Assembly: GCA_963828525.1 (NCBI GenBank)
Contig: CAWHEP010000011.1
Span: 1 to 64,000 of the forward strand
Length of the DNA stretch: 64,000 nt
Source: an uncultured Verrucomicrobiae bacterium
GTDB lineage: Bacteria > Verrucomicrobiota > Verrucomicrobiia > Chthoniobacterales > Chthoniobacteraceae
Direction of reading: 5' to 3'
The position numbers were made by a program, and so were the translations under genes. The notes under the pieces were generated by a model, which was given only the letters and a program-made list of their open reading frames with translations, ran no database searches and had not been told where the DNA came from. This document shows positions 51,404 through 62,279 of the stretch, in pieces; position 1 is the first letter of the stretch; each line of letters opens with the position of its first letter.

Positions 51404-52180
51404 CTACTCTTTGATCTCGCGGCGTATCTGCCGGACGTCCGGCATCTCGGCGAGCTGCGAAAGAAACTCGCGGTGGTGAGGATGCGCGAAACAGTAGTTG
51501 ATCTCCAATGTCTCCCGTCCTGCCGCGGCGTCGGCCTCTGTCTTGCGTCTTTCCGGAGAAACGTAGTAGGCGTCGAGGACTTCCTCGATTTTGATCGAAG
51601 CTTTGCCGCCGTCGCAATCGTAAGTGACGCGGACGCTGCCGTACTTGCACGGGCCGAAGTAGCGTTGCTCAAAGGCAGAAATCACCGTGAGTATGGCGAG
51701 GATGAGAAGGCTTAGCGCGAGCCCTCCCACAGCGTAGCCCGTCCCCACCAGCATCCCGGTCGCCGCCATGATCCAGATCGTCGCGGCGCTCGTCAGTCCG
51801 GCGACTCCGAATCTTCCTCGCAGAATCACGCCCGCGCCGAGAAATCCGATCCCGGACACGATTTGCGCGGCGATCCTCCCGACGTCGGTCTTTACTCCAG
51901 CCGCATTTATCGCGGCCGCCGGGCCAAATGAAATCATGGTGAAAACTGCCGAACCCACACATACCAGAGTCAGAGTTCGAGTGCCGGTTGGCTTCCCCTT
52001 TTTCTCGCGCTCCGCGCCGACGATGGCCCCGCAGAACACGGCGGTCACTGCCAGCGCGATGCTTGACCAGGGGCTTGGCAGCAAGTCGTTCCAATTGCCG
52101 CAGAGCCAGGTCGTGATCGAATTCCGCAAGGCCCAGGAGCCGTATGGCGTAAGGAAGGAGTTCTGAAGGAATGCCAGCAT
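51404..52180 (-). CDS. MgtC/SapB family protein
   Basis: GAERE, G.RT..LV, RIAAQIVSGIGFLGAG, GLTSAATIW; start uncertain. Confidence 0.88.
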   Translation of the reverse strand: MLAFLQNSFLTPYGSWALRNSITTWLCGNWNDLLPSPWSSIALAVTAVFCGAIVGAEREKKGKPTGTRTLTLVCVGSAVFTMISFGPAAAINAAGVKTDVGRIAAQIVSGIGFLGAGVILRGRFGVAGLTSAATIWIMAATGMLVGTGYAVGGLALSLLILAILTVISAFEQRYFGPCKYGSVRVTYDCDGGKASIKIEEVLDAYYVSPERRKTEADAAAGRETLEINYCFAHPHHREFLSQLAEMPDVRQIRREIKE

Positions 52181-52260
52181 CCCCCGTTTCCTACCCGAAA
52201 AGCCTGCGGAGTTCGATCATCCTTTTGAGCAATCCCGCATTGCGTTATCTAGAGACGCTG

Positions 52261-53838
52261 TCAGGTCTTCATCCGCCGGTAGCGCGCGCTGAAGAGCCAG
52301 CCGAGGAGGAGAGGCAAGATCCAGACCAAGTTGAGCCAGATTCCGTTTCGCTGCAGCGCTTCCATGGCTCTAAAGAAAAAGCTCGACTCGACGAGTCGCG
52401 CGGAGGGGCCGTTCGCTATTGCGGCGGCGCGGGCAAGCCCGCCCGCGGCGAAGTCATGACCCAGCGCGATCCCGCCGACCGCCGCGCGCCAGGCGAGGGC
52501 GCATCCCCCAAACGCCTTCCAGCCGACAGCCAAACCTCCGAACGCCCAAGCGCCCAAGGCTGCGCCACCCATCGCGAAAACGCCCAGCGAAGCGGCGCCC
52601 CATGACACAAGTCCCACGGAGCACGCGCCCAAGCTTACGGGCGCCACCGCGATGCTGCCGAAGGCGAACAGTCCGCCGAAGGCCGGGCTGCCTACGGCGA
52701 TCCATGCTGTAACCGGTTTGCTCATGGCGGGAGAATCCCCGAGCCGGATGTGCAGCAAAGGCAGGCCCAGCCACAGCGCTCCGCTGCGATATTCCCAAGC
52801 GTAGGCACTGTTTGCGTCCGCTTCGGCGGCGAACTTCGCTCGCGCCCGGTTGCTCCACACAATCAACCTTAGCAATGCGAATACAAAAATGACTATCAGC
52901 ACCAGCAGCGCCCCGGTGATGAGGCTTGGGCGCGCGAGTTTCGAGTGGATACTAAAGAAGATGATGGCCGCCAGAGCGCCGCAGAACATGGCAACCAGCA
53001 GCACCGCTCGCGTATAGAGAGTCGTCACGAACCTGCGCTCCTTCTCCGAACGCGCGGTTCTGAGGTTCAGGCGATAACTCAGCCAGAGGCCAAACCCGGG
53101 TATTCCGAATGTCAGCGCGGAACCCAGGAAGCCCGCTGTGGTCGCCGTTTTTGACGCGCAGCCGACGCCCAGGCTCGCTGCCCTCGCCGACATCGATAGA
53201 ACGGGAATCCCTGCCAGCACTCCCAGTGTAAAAGCCTTGCCGGGGCCGCTTCTCAGAAGCGCGGACTCCACACTCTTGAGCACTCGCGCGTTGAGCATGG
53301 ATCGTCCTCTAGCGAGTCGCTGGCGCGCCGCTTCCTCCGAGAGGTTCAGGGTTGCGGCCAGCGAACGGGTGGATTGAGAATCGCGGTAGAAAAGCACCAG
53401 CGGCTCGCGGTATTCGGCCGGCATCGTTTCAAGTGCGCCCCAAACAAGGCGCTCCTCTTCCTTGCTCATCGCGGCCTCGCGCGGATTGGAGGCAAGTGAA
53501 CAAAGTTCAGCCTCAAGAGGAACAGCGAACGCGGTAGGTGTGCGGTGTTCCTTCCGCTGAGAGTTATTGATCAGGTTCCGGGCGATCCCGCATAACCAGC
53601 TCTTCAGCTTTGCTGGTTCCTTTAGCTCACAGAGGTTCTTCCAAGCCGCGAGAAAAGTCTCCTGCGCGATGTCTTCGCTGCGGCTGATGTTTCCACAGGC
53701 GCTGTATGAGATCGCGCAAATGATCGATTGGTACCTGGCTACAATCGCGCCGAATGCCTCGCGGTTTCCTCGCAGGCACAGTTCAACCAGTTCGGAATCG
53801 CCAGCGGAGTCGTGTTTAAGAAGGTTTTCCATATTCAC
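52261..53838 (-). CDS. ECF sigma factor with a long C-terminal membrane extension
   Basis: EDIAQETF.AW, SWLCGIARN, YREPLVL.Y, RL.RGR, then ~330 aa hydrophobic Gly/Ala-rich region. Confidence 0.88.
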   Translation of the reverse strand: MNMENLLKHDSAGDSELVELCLRGNREAFGAIVARYQSIICAISYSACGNISRSEDIAQETFLAAWKNLCELKEPAKLKSWLCGIARNLINNSQRKEHRTPTAFAVPLEAELCSLASNPREAAMSKEEERLVWGALETMPAEYREPLVLFYRDSQSTRSLAATLNLSEEAARQRLARGRSMLNARVLKSVESALLRSGPGKAFTLGVLAGIPVLSMSARAASLGVGCASKTATTAGFLGSALTFGIPGFGLWLSYRLNLRTARSEKERRFVTTLYTRAVLLVAMFCGALAAIIFFSIHSKLARPSLITGALLVLIVIFVFALLRLIVWSNRARAKFAAEADANSAYAWEYRSGALWLGLPLLHIRLGDSPAMSKPVTAWIAVGSPAFGGLFAFGSIAVAPVSLGACSVGLVSWGAASLGVFAMGGAALGAWAFGGLAVGWKAFGGCALAWRAAVGGIALGHDFAAGGLARAAAIANGPSARLVESSFFFRAMEALQRNGIWLNLVWILPLLLGWLFSARYRRMKT

Positions 53839-54012
53839 AACCGAAGTGGTTGCTCAAAGAGGAACGTGACAGGATTCTTGCGACTCCGCCCGTTTTTTGA
53901 GTCGCCCGCCCCTTGTCGCTCTTGTCACAGCCTATGTGCTATAAGGGGGCCGCCGCGCAAATGCATGATCCGTTGAGTTGATGTTTATTGCGATGGCAGG
54001 CAGGGTGGGCAG

Positions 54013-55728
54013 GTGCTGAAATCACTCGCCCATGCGATCCAGCGTCTGCCTGAACGCTCCCGTTTCGTCGTGGCGATTGCGCTCTATGGTCTGTCCGCGA
54101 GCCTCGTTGCGGTGGCATTTCAGGTGGCGATCAACTGGATCTTCTGGGCGAGCTTCGTCTATCCGTCGCAGGTTTCTCCGCGCTGGTTTCCGTGGATCAG
54201 TCTCGGAGTCATTTCGGGCGTCTCGATTTTAGCCGGCTGGTTGCTGACGGAGTTTTGCCCGGACGCGGCGGGGAGCGGCATCCCGCAGCTCAAGCTCGCG
54301 TTTTGGAAGAACTTTGGGCATACGCCCGCGCGATTGGCGTGGATAAAGTTTGTCGCCAGCGCGCTCAGCATCGGGGGCGGGCAAAGCCTCGGACGCGAAG
54401 GACCTAGTGTGCAACTCGGCGGGGCCGTAGCCTCCTCCATGGCGGGGCTGCTCGGCGTGGCCAAACAGAACAAACGCAGCGCGGCAGCGGGCGGGGCGGC
54501 GGCGGGTCTCGCCGCCGCGTTCAACGCGCCGCTCGCCTCGGTGGCGTTCGTGCTCGAAGAAATTCTGGAGGACCTCAACAGCCGCCTGCTCGGTCCGGTG
54601 CTCCTCGCGGCTGTCACAGGAGCCTTTGTTGTCCATGCATTTCTAGGCGCGCAGCCCGCCTTTAATCTCCCGCTGATCAACGAGCCGACATGGCGCGCTT
54701 ATATCCTCATGCCTGTGAGCGCGGCCTTGGCGGCGCTGGCCGGAGTCGCGTTCCAACGAGGTTCGCTGGGCTTGCGCGCGGCGTCGCGGAACTGGCGGCC
54801 GCTGCCTCCAATGTTGCGGCCTTTGCTTGGCGGATGGATTACCTGGGCGCTGGGTATCGCGGTTTACTCAGGGACGCGGCACCTCGGGGTCTTCGGTCTC
54901 GGTTACGACGATCTCTCGCTTGCCTTGCAGAATGGCATCGTATGGAAACTCGCCCTCGCCTTGCTCGTGGCAAAGCTCATCGCCACCATTGCTTGCTACG
55001 GGCTGGGTGGATGCGGAGGCATTTTCTCGCCCAGCTTGTTTTTCGGAGGAATGTGCGGCGTTGTCGTCGCCGACTTCGGCTCCCATTTCGTAGCGCTCAA
55101 TGGTCCGGATCGCATCCTCCTCACGGTTGGCGGGATGAGCGCCTGTCTAGGCGGAGTGGTACAGGCTCCAGTCACCGCGGTCCTCATCATCTTTGAGATG
55201 ACGCACCAGTTCGCGCTTTTGCCTGGGCTGATGATCGCGGGACTTGTCAGCCAGTTGGTCGCGCGCCGATTCAACCACGAAAGCTTCTACGAAGCGGTGC
55301 TCACGCAGGATGGACATCTGATGGCGCATGTGGTTCCTCCTCGCGACTTGCGGAGCTGGCAGAATTTGCCCGTCTCGGCCATCGCGCAATTTGAGCCGGT
55401 CGTGATTTCGAGTCTGGATAATGACGCCGTGATTCGCGCGCTTGACGCGCATCCTTACCAGCGCTTTCCAGTGATAAAGCACGGGCAACTCGACGGCATC
55501 CTGTTGCGCGCGGAATTCACGCTCGCCCAGGCGGAGCAGCGTCCGGCGCGGCTGCTGCCGGCTGTGAGCGCCCGGCCGAGCCAGACCATTCGCGAATGCC
55601 AGGCGCTGCTCATCGGGTCCTCGAGCGGGATCATAGTAGTCACTGATCCGCAGGGCATCGCGCTCGCGGTTGTGACTCTCCACGACCTGCTCCGCGCGCA
55701 AACGGCGATCAGCGAGCGTGAAGGGTGA
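54013..55728 (+). CDS. ClC Cl-/H+ antiporter with C-terminal CBS-like domains
   Basis: GSGIP, GREGP, FVLEE, GGIFSP, SFYE. Confidence 0.92.
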   Translation: MLKSLAHAIQRLPERSRFVVAIALYGLSASLVAVAFQVAINWIFWASFVYPSQVSPRWFPWISLGVISGVSILAGWLLTEFCPDAAGSGIPQLKLAFWKNFGHTPARLAWIKFVASALSIGGGQSLGREGPSVQLGGAVASSMAGLLGVAKQNKRSAAAGGAAAGLAAAFNAPLASVAFVLEEILEDLNSRLLGPVLLAAVTGAFVVHAFLGAQPAFNLPLINEPTWRAYILMPVSAALAALAGVAFQRGSLGLRAASRNWRPLPPMLRPLLGGWITWALGIAVYSGTRHLGVFGLGYDDLSLALQNGIVWKLALALLVAKLIATIACYGLGGCGGIFSPSLFFGGMCGVVVADFGSHFVALNGPDRILLTVGGMSACLGGVVQAPVTAVLIIFEMTHQFALLPGLMIAGLVSQLVARRFNHESFYEAVLTQDGHLMAHVVPPRDLRSWQNLPVSAIAQFEPVVISSLDNDAVIRALDAHPYQRFPVIKHGQLDGILLRAEFTLAQAEQRPARLLPAVSARPSQTIRECQALLIGSSSGIIVVTDPQGIALAVVTLHDLLRAQTAISEREG

Positions 55729-55786
55729 GCGATCGCGCGCGGGGAATTTTGCAACATCGCGGTGGCGGCGCGCTTTATGATCGCCT

Positions 55787-56884
55787 TTAGTAAACCTCGC
55801 CTGGTTGGAGATCCGCCGACAGGGGAGCAGGACGTTCCATCGAACTCTCGATGTCGACGAATTTACCGGAGGCGGATGCCTCATGCACAGCTTGCATGAC
55901 GTCCAGGACATGGAAGGCGGTTGCGCTGCTCGCCCTATGCGAACCGCCTGAAGCCAGCGCGGCCGCCATGTCGGCAAGGCCGATGCCGCGACAATTCTCT
56001 GTGTAGCCGAAAGCCAGGGGAACATCGCTCCAATCCGCGTCACCTGCCCGGCGAAGGGAAACGGGGCCACCGAAGCAGTTTGGGTCAGGAACGGCAAGAC
56101 TACCTTCCGTTCCATAGATCTCGATGTGCGGAAGACGATGCGCCCAAACATCAAAGCTCGTCACGATGGTCGCAATGGCCCCGCGATGAAAGTCGAGGAT
56201 GGCCGCAACGTGTGTATCGACAGCGACCTCAAGCTGGCCCGGCTTGCCGTGCTTGTCGGTAAAAACGCGTTCCTTGAACGAAGGACGCGCGGAACCGCAG
56301 ACTCGCCGAATGGGGCCAAGAAGCGTGGTGAGCGCCGTGAGGTAATAGGGTCCCATGTCGAACATCGGCCCGCCTCCGGGTTGATAGTAGAAGCCGGGGT
56401 TTGGATGCCATCGCTCGGCTCCGTGGCTCAACATGAAAGCCGTGGCCGCGATTGGCTCCCCGATGCAGCCATCATCAATCAGCTTCCGGCATGTTTGCAG
56501 CCCTCCGCCGAGGAATGTGTCAGGCGCGCAGCCGACCCGGAGTTCGCCCGCGTCCGCGAGCGCAAGAACGGCCCGCCCCTCTTCTCTCCGAATGCCCAAG
56601 GGCTTCTCCGAATAGACCGCCTTCCCGGCCCGCAAGGCAGCTTGTGACACTTCCGCGTGCGCGACCGGCACCGTAAGATTCAGAACGATGCCCACCTCGG
56701 GATCGGCCAGCAAATCCTCCACGGACAGGGCCTTCGGGATATCGTACTCCGCGGCTAGCGCCCGCGCTTTGGCAGGGTCAATGTCGGCGCAGGCGACTAT
56801 CTCGATCGCGTCGAACTTCCGGCCCGCTTCACAGTAGATCGCGCTGATGTTCCCGCAGCCGATCAAGCCGATGCCGGTTTTCAC
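55787..56884 (-). CDS. Gfo/Idh/MocA family oxidoreductase
   Basis: IGCGNIS, YSEKP, APDTFLG, DMGPYY. Confidence 0.9.
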   Translation of the reverse strand: MKTGIGLIGCGNISAIYCEAGRKFDAIEIVACADIDPAKARALAAEYDIPKALSVEDLLADPEVGIVLNLTVPVAHAEVSQAALRAGKAVYSEKPLGIRREEGRAVLALADAGELRVGCAPDTFLGGGLQTCRKLIDDGCIGEPIAATAFMLSHGAERWHPNPGFYYQPGGGPMFDMGPYYLTALTTLLGPIRRVCGSARPSFKERVFTDKHGKPGQLEVAVDTHVAAILDFHRGAIATIVTSFDVWAHRLPHIEIYGTEGSLAVPDPNCFGGPVSLRRAGDADWSDVPLAFGYTENCRGIGLADMAAALASGGSHRASSATAFHVLDVMQAVHEASASGKFVDIESSMERPAPLSADLQPGEVY

Positions 56885-57528
56885 CTTGCCGCCCAGGAAA
56901 TGCCGCGCAGGAGGATTTCACGCGGCGCCCACTGTTCGAACTCAGCGGCCACATGTCCCAGCGAAGAGTAGAAAACGTGTCCTTTGCCCCATGATCGCTT
57001 CCATACGACCGGCATGACTGTGCCAGCGATCCAGGGAATGACGGCGCCGCTGAAGACCGTGGAAGCCAGGACGTGGTTGGCGGGATCAACGTGCATGTAA
57101 TACTGCTCGGAATGCACCGTGAAAGCTTCGATGTCGCGCATGATCGGGTCGGATGAATCCACAACATCCACGCGATAGTCGATAATGTTGCCGGGATGCG
57201 AGACGAACTGTCCGCCTACCATGAACTGAAAGTCCGGCGCGTCCCTGAACGAGTCGCCCAGCCCGCCATGCCAGCCGGCAAGGCCCGCTCCATTTCGGAC
57301 GGCGTCTTGCAGACCCGCGAGCTGTTCCTTGCTGATGGAGCCCATCGTCCACGACGGGACGATGACGGCAAACTCGGCGAGTCGGGCGGCATCGAGGTAC
57401 GCGTCCATCGTATCGGACACCTCGACCGTGAATCCGCGCTCTTCGAGATGGGGAGCGAGGAGATCGACACATTTTCTGGGCTCGTGGCCCTCCCATCCGC
57501 CCCAGACCATCAATAGCTTTTTCTTCAT
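56881..57528 (-). CDS. ThuA-like domain protein
   Basis: [28 protein letters not shown]. Confidence 0.88.
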   Translation of the reverse strand: MKKKLLMVWGGWEGHEPRKCVDLLAPHLEERGFTVEVSDTMDAYLDAARLAEFAVIVPSWTMGSISKEQLAGLQDAVRNGAGLAGWHGGLGDSFRDAPDFQFMVGGQFVSHPGNIIDYRVDVVDSSDPIMRDIEAFTVHSEQYYMHVDPANHVLASTVFSGAVIPWIAGTVMPVVWKRSWGKGHVFYSSLGHVAAEFEQWAPREILLRGISWAAR

Positions 57529-57674
57529 AGGCTGGTCGCAGCGTACAGGGTAACCGCCGGCTCGGCAGCGTAATAATTGAAAGTCGAACAGAGCCTCAAG
57601 CGCGGTCTCCTGCAGACGACGTCGCTTGTTCGTTCCCTAAAGCGGAGTAGATTCCCGCCTCAACTACGAAATAT

Positions 57675-58112
57675 ATGAACCTACCATCCGCTCCTGATCT
57701 CACAAAAACAGCTCCTCGCAGCCCTCGCGTGCGCGTCGGGGGATTCGTCATCCTAGGCAGAACGATCGACAAATGCCGCGCGCTCCTCGGAGGTGACATC
57801 GGCGAATATCATTTCGATTGCCCGCTGGATAACGTTCTCTTTGGCTTCAAGGGAATCAAAGGTGACGCCTTCAAGGAACAGGTTTCCTCGGGCGCGAGTG
57901 ATGAAGCGATGGCAGAATGGGTCACCTCGAACGGCACATCGAAATCAGCGGACGAGATCAAGGGGTGGTCGGACTCGATGGAGAAGGTCACGCTGGTCAA
58001 CGATCCTGAGAAGAAAGCCTACTTCATCGGCGAGTGCGAGAAGCTGGGCCTCGATCCTTACAAGACTTCTCTATTTGAATGGCTCGAGGCCGACGATAAA
58101 GCCTCGCATTAA
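57675..58112 (+). CDS. DUF5069 domain protein
   Basis: DLTK.APRSP, L.R.IDKCRA, GEYHFDCPLD. Confidence 0.8.
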   Translation: MNLPSAPDLTKTAPRSPRVRVGGFVILGRTIDKCRALLGGDIGEYHFDCPLDNVLFGFKGIKGDAFKEQVSSGASDEAMAEWVTSNGTSKSADEIKGWSDSMEKVTLVNDPEKKAYFIGECEKLGLDPYKTSLFEWLEADDKASH

Positions 58113-58339
58113 GCGAATGCCGGACTGACCGGGATCAGTTCACCAGAGAGTTCAGATGCCGTGAGCGGGCGCTGGCGGATGTTCGCGCGTTTGCCAGCTC
58201 TTCGCGATACGAATCAGCGCCCTTTGAGACCGCCGAATCGCAGGCCTCCGCCGATTTACGCCCGATGGTGAATGTTCGCAGTGATTCACAACTTTGGGAG
58301 AGCCTTTTCCCGATGAGCGGGTAACGTGGGCGAATCACG

Positions 58340-59269
58340 ATGAATGGCGATGCCATATTCGATCCACAATCCCCTCATGCCCGGGCGATGTATCACCTCG
58401 GCATGGTGGCGCTGGCTGTGTTCTGCGCCATCTTCGCCGCGGTGGGCGGAACGATCTTTTACAGCCTTGCGCGCTTTCGGTGGCGCGAGGGCGAGGCTGA
58501 TCCACGCCAGTTGGCGGGGCACAAAACGGTCGAAATAATCTGGACGGCCATCCCGTTGGTAGTGGTGGCGCTGTTGTTCGGATTGACGGCCCATACGATG
58601 AGCCAGGTTGATCCACCCCCTTCCGGGACCCCTGATCTCGTCGTGACGGGGCATCAATTCTGGTGGGAGGCGCGCTACCCTTCCGGCGCTGTAGTCGCGA
58701 ATGAAATCCATATTCCTGTCGGGAAGCCGCTGTCGGTGCGACTCGGCGCGGGCGATGTCATCCACGAGTTTTGGGTGGCGGAATTGACGCGCAAAACGGA
58801 AGCAATTCCAGGCCAGGAGCGTTCGCTTTGGATGCAAGCGGACAAGCCGGGCGCCTACATGGGCGTGTGCTCGGAGTTCTGCGGAACGCAGCACGCCTGG
58901 ATGCGGTTTCTTGTTATCGCCGAGGAACCCGCGCAATTTGAGGCATGGCAGAAGGCGCAACTGCAGTCCTCCCAAGCGCCTGATGCCGCTCTCGCGCAAA
59001 GCGGCTTGAAGCTGTTCCAAACCATGAGTTGCGTGAGTTGCCATGCGATCAACGGGGTAGCGGGAGCATCGGCGCGGGTGGGGCCAGACCTTACGCACAT
59101 TGCGAGCCGACGGCAGCTTGCCGCGGGCGTCATCGAAAACTCGCCGGAGAAGCTCCGCGCGTGGCTTAAAGATCCGCAGGCGATAAAGCCGGGCGTGTTG
59201 ATGCCCAACTATAACCTGAGCGATGAACAGCTAACGCAACTGGTCGCCTATTTTGAGACACTGAAATGA
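58340..59269 (+). CDS. coxB: Cytochrome c oxidase subunit II with fused cytochrome c
   Basis: EIIWT, GHQFWWE, CuA ligands H...CSEFCGTQHAWM, heme motif CVSCH, MP. Confidence 0.95.
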   Translation: MNGDAIFDPQSPHARAMYHLGMVALAVFCAIFAAVGGTIFYSLARFRWREGEADPRQLAGHKTVEIIWTAIPLVVVALLFGLTAHTMSQVDPPPSGTPDLVVTGHQFWWEARYPSGAVVANEIHIPVGKPLSVRLGAGDVIHEFWVAELTRKTEAIPGQERSLWMQADKPGAYMGVCSEFCGTQHAWMRFLVIAEEPAQFEAWQKAQLQSSQAPDAALAQSGLKLFQTMSCVSCHAINGVAGASARVGPDLTHIASRRQLAAGVIENSPEKLRAWLKDPQAIKPGVLMPNYNLSDEQLTQLVAYFETLK

Positions 59270-61497
59270 ACGAGGCCGCGACCGATTTCTCGCCTGGGTC
59301 AATCGATACTGTTGGAGAAACGACAGGGTATCGCCTCTCGTGGCTTTCCACGGTCGATCACAAGCGCATCGGCATTCTCTACCTGATCACCGCCCTCGTC
59401 TTTTTCATGATTGGCGGGATCGAGGCGATCCTGATCCGTATCCAGTTGGCGGTGCCGAATAACCACTTCCTGGCTCCGGACACTTATAACCAGGTCTTCA
59501 CGATGCACGGGACGACGATGATCTTCCTCGTTGCGATGCCAGCCCTTTTTGGACTCGTGAACTACGTCCTGCCGCTGCAGATCGGCGCCAGGGATATGGC
59601 GTTCCCGCGTCTAAATGCCTTCAGTTTCTGGCTGGTGCCGTTCGGTGGAATATTGCTGCATTTCAGCATCCTCGCGGGCGGCGCTCCGAATGTGGGGTGG
59701 TTTGCTTACGCGCCTCTGAGTGAGACGCCGTTTTCATCCCAGCTGGGAGTTGATTACTGGGCAGTTTCGCTGTTTGCGCTTGGCCTTGGATCGGTCGGCA
59801 CGGCAATTAACATCATTACGACGGTGCTCTGCATGCGGGCGCCCGGGATGACATTGAGAAGGCTGCCCCTGTTCACATGGATCAACTTTGTGAATGGATT
59901 CATCATCCTCCTGGCGCTGCCGTTGTTAAATGCCGGGCTCGCAATGCTGTTGATAGATCGGAGGCTGGACGCGCGCTTCTTCCTGCCTTCCCACGGTGGA
60001 TCGCCGATCTTGTGGCAGCACATCTTCTGGGCGTTTGGACATCCTGAAGTTTACATCCTGGCGCTGCCCGCTTTCGGCATCCTCTCCGAGATCATCCCGG
60101 TGTTTTCACGAAAGCCCATTTTCGGGTATGAGTTCGTCGCGGGATCGAGCGTCATGATCGCCATTCTGAGCATGGGGGTCTGGGCGCACCATATGTTTAC
60201 GACGGGCATTGGACGATCTGCCGATCTCTTCTTTGCGATTGCCTCGATGCTGATCGCCATACCGACCGGCGTCAAAGTGTTGAACTGGACCGCGACCATG
60301 GTGGGGGGACGCATACGGTTCCGGACGCCGATGCTTTTTTGCGTGGCGGCAGTTGTGCAGTTCATACCGGCGGGGTTGACCGGAGTGAGCCACGCGATGG
60401 CGGCGCTCGACTGGCAGACACACAACACCTACTACCTCGTGGCGCATTTCCATTTCGTCGCGGTGGGATTGATCGTTTTTGCCATACTCGGCGGGGTCTA
60501 TTACTGGTTCCCCAAGATGAGCGGGAGGATGCTTTCCGAGCGCATGGGAAAATGGTCGTTCTGGTTGATGGTCATCGGGTTTAACATGACCTTCATCATC
60601 CAGCATGTGCTTGGCTTTAAGGGCATGGGACGCCGCGTTTACACATACCCGGATCTGCCGGGCTACACGTGGATGAATATGCTCTCCAGCTTCGGGGCGG
60701 TGTTCATGACTGCTTCGGCGCTGGTGCTGGTGGCGAATGTGATTGTGAGCCTGCTGATCGGCAAACAGGCGGGCGATAATCCCTGGGAGGCCTGGACTCT
60801 GGAGTGGGCGGCGACATCACCCCCGCCGGCGGACAACTTCCAGTGTCTTCCGCCGATTCGAAGCCGCCGTCCGTTGTGGGATACGGCGAATCCAGACCGG
60901 CCCGATCCGCCTGTGGGAAGCGACAGCGATGTTGTGATAACGCCGGAGAAAAGCAAAGTAAACGTCCTGGCGTTCATCTTCTCCGAAACGGGTTTTTTCG
61001 GGGTGTTGATCCTTTCGTACCTATTCTTCAACGCGTCGCCACAGCCCGGCCCGAGCCATAAGGATCTGAATCTCACAAAGGCGCTCGGTTTCACCGCGTG
61101 CCTCCTGGCGAGCAGCTTCACAATCTGGCGCGCGGAGGCTGGTCTCCGCGCAAGGAAGCAGGGAGAGACTTGCGCCTGGCTGCTGGTCACGATCGGGCTC
61201 GGGGCGATATTTGTCGCCGGCCAGGGGTTCGAATACTGGGGACTTCTTAGCAATGGCATCTCTGTCAATTCCAGTTTGTTCGCGACCAGCTTCTTCACGC
61301 TCACCGGGTTCCATGGGCTGCATGTTTGCCTGGGGCTGATCGCAATGCTCATCCTCCTCTGGCTGACGTTGAAGGGCGATTTCCGGTCGGGTCATTCGCC
61401 TGTCTTTGAAGCGGTCAGCTACTACTGGCACTTTGTCGATGTTGTATGGGTGTTCGTTTTTACCGCGATCTACTTGCTTCCCCTTCTATTCCCATGA
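59266..61497 (+). CDS. coxA: Cytochrome c oxidase subunit I (type A1) fused to the subunit III C-terminal bundle
   Basis: HGTTM, RDMAFPRLN, GHPEVY, WAHHM, PTGVK, AHFH; then FSE, TGFHGLHV, YWHFVD.VW. Confidence 0.95.
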   Translation: MNEAATDFSPGSIDTVGETTGYRLSWLSTVDHKRIGILYLITALVFFMIGGIEAILIRIQLAVPNNHFLAPDTYNQVFTMHGTTMIFLVAMPALFGLVNYVLPLQIGARDMAFPRLNAFSFWLVPFGGILLHFSILAGGAPNVGWFAYAPLSETPFSSQLGVDYWAVSLFALGLGSVGTAINIITTVLCMRAPGMTLRRLPLFTWINFVNGFIILLALPLLNAGLAMLLIDRRLDARFFLPSHGGSPILWQHIFWAFGHPEVYILALPAFGILSEIIPVFSRKPIFGYEFVAGSSVMIAILSMGVWAHHMFTTGIGRSADLFFAIASMLIAIPTGVKVLNWTATMVGGRIRFRTPMLFCVAAVVQFIPAGLTGVSHAMAALDWQTHNTYYLVAHFHFVAVGLIVFAILGGVYYWFPKMSGRMLSERMGKWSFWLMVIGFNMTFIIQHVLGFKGMGRRVYTYPDLPGYTWMNMLSSFGAVFMTASALVLVANVIVSLLIGKQAGDNPWEAWTLEWAATSPPPADNFQCLPPIRSRRPLWDTANPDRPDPPVGSDSDVVITPEKSKVNVLAFIFSETGFFGVLILSYLFFNASPQPGPSHKDLNLTKALGFTACLLASSFTIWRAEAGLRARKQGETCAWLLVTIGLGAIFVAGQGFEYWGLLSNGISVNSSLFATSFFTLTGFHGLHVCLGLIAMLILLWLTLKGDFRSGHSPVFEAVSYYWHFVDVVWVFVFTAIYLLPLLFP

Positions 61498-62279
61498 CGA
61501 CTGAACACTTCCTCCTTTCGGCGTGGATATTCAATCCGGCAGCCTTGCTTCTGTGCGGAGCGCTGTGCGCGGCATACATCGCGGCCTTCGGGATGGGGTC
61601 GCGCCTCTGGTTCTTGATCGGGGGAGTGGGCATCATTCTGCTGGCGCTGGCCTCTCCGCTCCGCGCGCTGGCGGACGGCTGCCTGTTTAGCGCGCACATG
61701 GTTCAGCACATCCTTCTTCTCCTGGTGGCTCCTGTGTTTTTTCTCCTGTCGCTGCCCCGGCAATTTGTCGCGGGCGGATTCATCCGGCGCGCTTTGCATC
61801 CGGTTGCCGGCTGGATGGCGGGAGTGGGCGCGATGTGGCTCTGGCATACTCCTGCCTTGTGCAATGCCGCGGTGAGTTCGAAGTCGGTGAGCGCTCTGCA
61901 AACCCTCTCGCTTCTCGCTCTTGGCAGCTTGTTCTGGTGGCAGGTGCTCGCGCCCCGCGACGAACAGCGCCTGCCGCCGCTCGCCGGGGTCGGCTATCTC
62001 TTCACCGCTTGCGCCGCTTGCACCGTCCTCGGGATTATCCTCACCTTCTCGCCTGTAACCGTCTGCTCGATCTATATGCATCCGGCGGATCCGCTGGGTC
62101 TGCTGGGGATGGTTCAGCAGGGGTGGGGGATTTCGCTGCAGAAGGATCAGCAAATCGGCGGATTGCTTATGTGGGTACCCTCTTGCCTCATCTTCCTGAG
62201 CGCGGTCTTCTGCCAGTTGGTCAGATGGTTCACCCCGCCACTTCCCGCGCTACCGCAGGCTGCGATTGAAAGCCTATGA
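61494..62279 (+). CDS. ctaG: caa3-type CtaG cytochrome oxidase assembly factor
   Basis: LFSAHMVQH, WLWH.P, DQQIGGLLMWVP. Confidence 0.88.
   Translation: MTTEHFLLSAWIFNPAALLLCGALCAAYIAAFGMGSRLWFLIGGVGIILLALASPLRALADGCLFSAHMVQHILLLLVAPVFFLLSLPRQFVAGGFIRRALHPVAGWMAGVGAMWLWHTPALCNAAVSSKSVSALQTLSLLALGSLFWWQVLAPRDEQRLPPLAGVGYLFTACAACTVLGIILTFSPVTVCSIYMHPADPLGLLGMVQQGWGISLQKDQQIGGLLMWVPSCLIFLSAVFCQLVRWFTPPLPALPQAAIESL

Noticed and set aside
53839..54012. Fluoride riboswitch / CLC-F exporter
   Set aside because: No crcB-motif consensus upstream, and the ClC has canonical GSGIP/GREGP rather than the fluoride-type motifs
58135..58356. 73-aa minus-strand ORF between DUF5069 and coxB
   Set aside because: No motif, overlaps the coxB start, and probably spans its promoter region
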